A stretch of DNA of 62,205 bases, filler included, from Piptocephalis cylindrospora (taxonomy: Eukaryota), in assembly GCA_003614145.1 (NCBI GenBank). It is 25 parts of 25 records of this genome, joined end to end, with 100 filler letters (N's around TTAATTAATTAA, not from the genome) between each part and the next. Parts side by side here need not be neighbours in the genome. Positions count along the whole stretch, not along the records: positions 57,341 to 59,723 come from KZ988980.1; positions 59,824 to 62,205 come from KZ988981.1; 23 more parts are not named here. One strand, 5' to 3'. Positions 58,141 through 62,205 of the stretch are shown here, one piece after another. Positions within the stretch are counted from its first letter, which is position 1. Every line of letters begins with the position of its first letter. A program made the translations under genes and the position numbers. The notes beneath the pieces were generated by a model that saw nothing but the letters and a program-made list of their open reading frames with translations, made no database searches and was not told where the DNA came from.

Positions 58141-59324
58141 CTAAAAATTCAGCTCACGTAAATTATGAGTGAGGATGATGTCGTTGACACTATTCATGAT
58201 GTGGCGAATGTGATTGGTGTCGGTGGCGTAGGTAAAGTGGGTGTAGACGGTCTTTTCGGGGGAGCGATTGAGGGACTCGAAGCGCTTCTTGAAGTAGTTG
58301 GAGGCCTGTGTGACGTCGCCGGGGGCGCCCTTGTAATCGGGGAAGTAGCGTTGGACGGGGGAGGAGATGACCTTGAGCTTGAAGAGATCGAGTTTATTGA
58401 GGAAGAGGATGACGGAGGTATTGAGGAACCACTGGGAATTACAGATGGAGTCGAAGAGCATGAGGGCTTCGTGCATCTGATTGGTGTCGTGGTCCTCGAC
58501 GAGAACCTGATCGTAGCCACTGATGGCGACGAGGAAGAGGAGGGCAGTGACGTCCTCGAAGCAATGGATCCACTTTTTCCTCTCACTTCTCTGGCCACCG
58601 ACGTCGAACATACGGTAGGTGAGGGCGCCGACGTGGAAGAGGGTCTCGGTGATACCAGTGGTCTTGACGCGGCAGCGTAGGATGTCCTGGTCGGTGGGGA
58701 TGTATTCGGGGGAGAAGAGACGGTCGAGGGAGTGGAAGAAGTACTCGGCCGAATCATTGATGGCACACTCATTGGCACGGGACAGACAGCTCTGGACCCC
58801 ACGATCCTTCCACAGTTGACGTAGAGCGACCTGATAGTCATCGGGATAGGGCTCATTGCGCTTGATGACGGGGACATTCTCAAAGAGGGCGATATGGTTT
58901 AGGTTATCCGCATGATCGAACTGGACACTATTTCTCTCCATGGTCTCGAGGATAGTACGCATGGAGTGAAGAAGGTTGGTAAAGATGACGATCCTATGGG
59001 ATTCCCTTTCCAGATCGGTGAATCCCTTGGTGTGAATAAGTCTCATTTGTTTGAGGATGGTTGATTTTCCGGATTCACCGGCGCCTAAGGGAAGAGGGAG
59101 GGAAGGGAGGGGAAGGGAAGGGATGGGATGGGATGGGATGTGTGAGAAGGGAAGGGAAGGGAAGGGAAGGGATGGGATGTGGGAGAAGGGATGGGATGGG
59201 GATCCAAGGACGTACCAAGAAGAAGGAGCTTGACATGACCTTTTGTTCGCTTTTCCTCCACCTTGATCGCACGGTCAATGGCGCGGGAACGACGTTCTTG
59301 TGGGGTAGCTAGGCAGTTTCCCAT
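58141..59324 (-). CDS. Heterotrimeric G protein alpha subunit, 350 aa. Exons 59324-59216 and 59084-58141.
   Basis: MGNC lipidation motif, LLLLG|AGESGKSTILKQM, RVKTTG, DVGGQRSERKKW, FLNKLD and TYATDT. Confidence 0.97.
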
Positions 59325-62205
59325 GATGACTATTGGAGCTGGTGCTGCGGGGGGACACTAGGCAAAATAGAAGGGGATGGGGGTAGGTAGATGGGGGTAG
59401 GTAGATGGGGGTGGGGGAAGGAAGGCGACAGATGGACAGAGATACAGCAAGAAAGTTCAGGGACACGCACACACAAACAGGCACGGATATACGTTGATGA
59501 GGGGAGGAGGAGGAGGAGGAGCGTAGAAGACGGGTCGCTTGTGTATATGTGCGTGCGTGCGTGCGTGTGTGTGTATAAAAGTGCGTAAATATGCCAAGTG
59601 CTTTCCTCTACCGCTACAAGATGGATCAGGGATCAGAGGGTGTGGTGAGGGGATCAAAGCAAGAATGAGGGGGAGCAACAGGGGTGTAATTGAGTCTTCA
59701 TGATGAGGGAATGGGTCAAAGACNNNNNNNNNNNNNNNNNNNNNNNNNNNNNNNNNNNNNNNNNNNNTTAATTAATTAANNNNNNNNNNNNNNNNNNNNN
59801 NNNNNNNNNNNNNNNNNNNNNNNGTGGCCAGAATGATGGAGGAACGAGCCCTTCCCTCCATGGGGGTGGCCTGCAACGATTGCATGGGCCCAGAGTGTGG
59901 CATGACCGGTTTGGGAGAGGGAAGGGGAGAGAGAGAGAGAAAAAGGAAATAGAGACAGAAACGTGTGGAAAGGGCAATATGGTGTGACGTGGGGATGGTT
60001 ATACAAACAAAACAGGGCAGATAGAGAGAGAAAAGGGATTGGGGGTCATGGGCGAGGGAACAACAATGTGGATGAGGAGAGAAGGGGAGGGGAGGAAAAT
60101 TGGGTGGTGGATTTGTGTGCGCGGTTGGCTGCCTGGCAGGTAGAGTTCTTGTCAGGGGAAGGGTGTTCTGGAGGAGGGCTGGGTGAGGAGAAAAGATAGT
60201 GAGAGAGGGGGAAGGGGAGGGTGTGTAAGGAAGGGGGAGACGGAAAGGAGGGAAGCCGCGATGGGGGAGAGGGCTGGTCTTATACCGTCGGATCAGCGCC
60301 CAGCCCTCACCTCACTCCGCCCAGCACATGTACAGTGCGATGAGGCTGAGGTGANNNNNNNNNNCGGTGGTGAGATGTGCTGCCAAGGTTGGGTGGTAGT
60401 GGACGACACGGATTCCCCTCTGCCTCCGCCCCATACAAGTATCACGTCTTGACTGAGAATCGTGTGGGGATGGGGTGACTGGTGCTTCTGGTATCGTTAC
60501 TAAAGTGAGACGCTCCCTCCACTAGGATGTAGCGTGGTACTTAGAGGGCTCAATATGAGCCAAGCATGGTGGGAAGGGGAAGGAGATACAAGGAATAGTG
60601 ACTGTGTCCCTAGGCGGTCTCAATCGCTCTCTAATAATACCACTACACTGACCACGCCCGCCCGGAGATGTGGGAGAGGTGAGGCTGAGCTGATCTTGGT
60701 GGTGTTACTGCCATTAGGACTGCACATCTTGTGCTTCTGTCACGTCACACTCGGTCCAGGCGGATTAAACGATGGGATAGTATGTGTAAAATGACTGGGT
60801 CTCCGCTTTGAGCCTTCTCCAAGCGAGATAGAAAGACCCAGTTCAAGCAAGATAGGTCTTTTCCCCCTTCCTTAATTTCTGGGCCCTAGTCTTAGCAGAT
60901 TACAGGCCTATCCGACAATATCTAGTTACCGGGGATCTAAGGAGGTAGAGTCCAGTGGGAAATGTCCATTCCAGGTGTAAGAATATCTCCCTTGAGCTCT
61001 TACAAGGGAGGCATTGTTGCTGTTAGGGTAGCATACGTACGATGCAACTAAACGGCGTACATCCCCTTTATTGATAGACAAGGAAATCAGAGAGGCTGCA
61101 GGAGGCGCATCTCTTTCCATTCTACAGCAAACCAAAACATTGCTTAGGATCATCATAGACAATATGGTATTCCTATTGAGCTGCGTGTACACACATATTC
61201 TACTGGCAGCGGGGTCAGTGGGAAGAGCCCACTCACACTATCGCTCTACAAACGACATTTCAATGACAATTGCTATCAAGACGAACAAGAGGATAGGAGA
61301 GGCTATGTACGCTTCAAGTGAGTGCGCTATGACCTTCATAAGGCTAAGATGAAGTGTACTGGGAAAAGCAGTATGGGCCTTTATTAATGGAGCCGTCCTT
61401 CTTGCGTGGGGCTCCAGAGTGAACATGCAGTGGACGATTAGAATGCCAAGGACTCCCTTGTATCTCATCCCCTCCCCTTCAGGAGGACAGAAATACGGCC
61501 ATGTCCAACCGTGTGCCTCCTCGTCTCCATGTACAACATATGGTATCACCCCCCTCAAACCACATGGAGTGCGTATCGGTCTAACACGAGAACCTTGCCC
61601 TACTGTTCCAATCACGTTCTACAGATCGTGGGCGTGTTGCTAGGTAGGATGACTGACGCCTTTACTGTACCATACTGGGTCAGGACGAGGGGGAGGGTGA
61701 TATGCACAGAGGTAGGATTGTTTGACATTACAGCTGGAATTACAGAGCAGCTTGGTCGCTTGTTTCTATCAGAGGCTTCAGCATACCTCCTTCCCACGAG
61801 ACGCCAGAAAGCATCAATGGAGCCCCTCCTCTTTCCCTAGAGACCAGGACATGGGCATGGGAGACGAGGTGAGCGGAATGCGGAGTTTCCACGTCCTAAT
61901 GACACATTTCCAATCTGCTATGATAGAAGCTTCATGAGTGGTCTAGAGGATGGATTTAGGAGAGGGACCAGTTCAGGATGGGGCTGGAAAGGAGAGAGCA
62001 CATCTGCCCTTGGTAAATGACGATCCCTCTCTTCTCCTCCTAATCATCCTCATATACGAAAATGTCAACCCATTCTGGTAACCAAGATCAAGGGGGGTAT
62101 CCCAATTGCATCTACACCGTTTAAAGGCTGAGCCAGTTCATCTATAAATATGGGAATTTGGCTCTAAAGGATACTGCTCCTCCTCCATCATCCTACCCCA
62201 CATCA

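Noticed and set aside
2459..59823. Regularly spaced TTAATTAATTAA motif read as a biological repeat or CRISPR-like array
   Set aside because: It is always embedded in 44+44 Ns; it is a synthetic six-frame-stop contig linker.
1..62205. A gene cluster (e.g. mitochondrial genes NDUFV1, DML1, NDUFB9, VWA8) inferred from neighbourhood
   Set aside because: The contigs are independent and ordered by size. Only within-contig adjacency, such as NDUFV1/YME1, is real.
59824..62205. Genes in the last contig (also 47570-49400 and 38200-39880)
   Set aside because: Only short ORFs without recognisable motifs are present; I could not build a supported gene model.

Overview
This window is not one locus. It is 25 unrelated ~2.3-2.46 kb contigs, roughly ordered by decreasing length and joined by an artificial 100-nt spacer (44 N + TTAATTAATTAA + 44 N), so adjacency across spacers means nothing. 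The DNA is from a fungus: short GT-AG introns, a class V/VII-type chitin synthase, and complex I subunits. VWA8, an RBM39 orthologue and a divergent Brf-like factor suggest an early-diverging lineage; Zoopagomycota/Mucoromycota is an inference. At least seven contigs carry fold-back inverted duplications, three with arms of exactly 55 bp, and one contig is circularly permuted. This pattern points to a whole-genome-amplified (MDA/single-cell) library assembled with k=55. Recognisable genes: ornithine aminotransferase, frequenin, TAF5 (3' end), a NOL7/Bud21-like protein split over two contigs, IQGAP, a TFIIB/Brf-family factor, RMT2, a MYST acetyltransferase (3' end), RPP0, an omega-like GST, chitin synthase, an NADP-dependent enone reductase, NDUFV1, YME1 (3' end), TRM8, a secreted class-3 lipase, cytochrome b5 (3' end), DML1/Misato, NDUFB9, VWA8, a GH15 hydrolase, proteasome beta5, RBM39 and a G-alpha subunit. 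The best hidden feature is a box C/D snoRNA in the RPP0 intron with a 15-nt guide antisense to a conserved SSU rRNA segment. I found no evidence for a large novel multi-gene system, CRISPR array, tRNA, rRNA or transposon.
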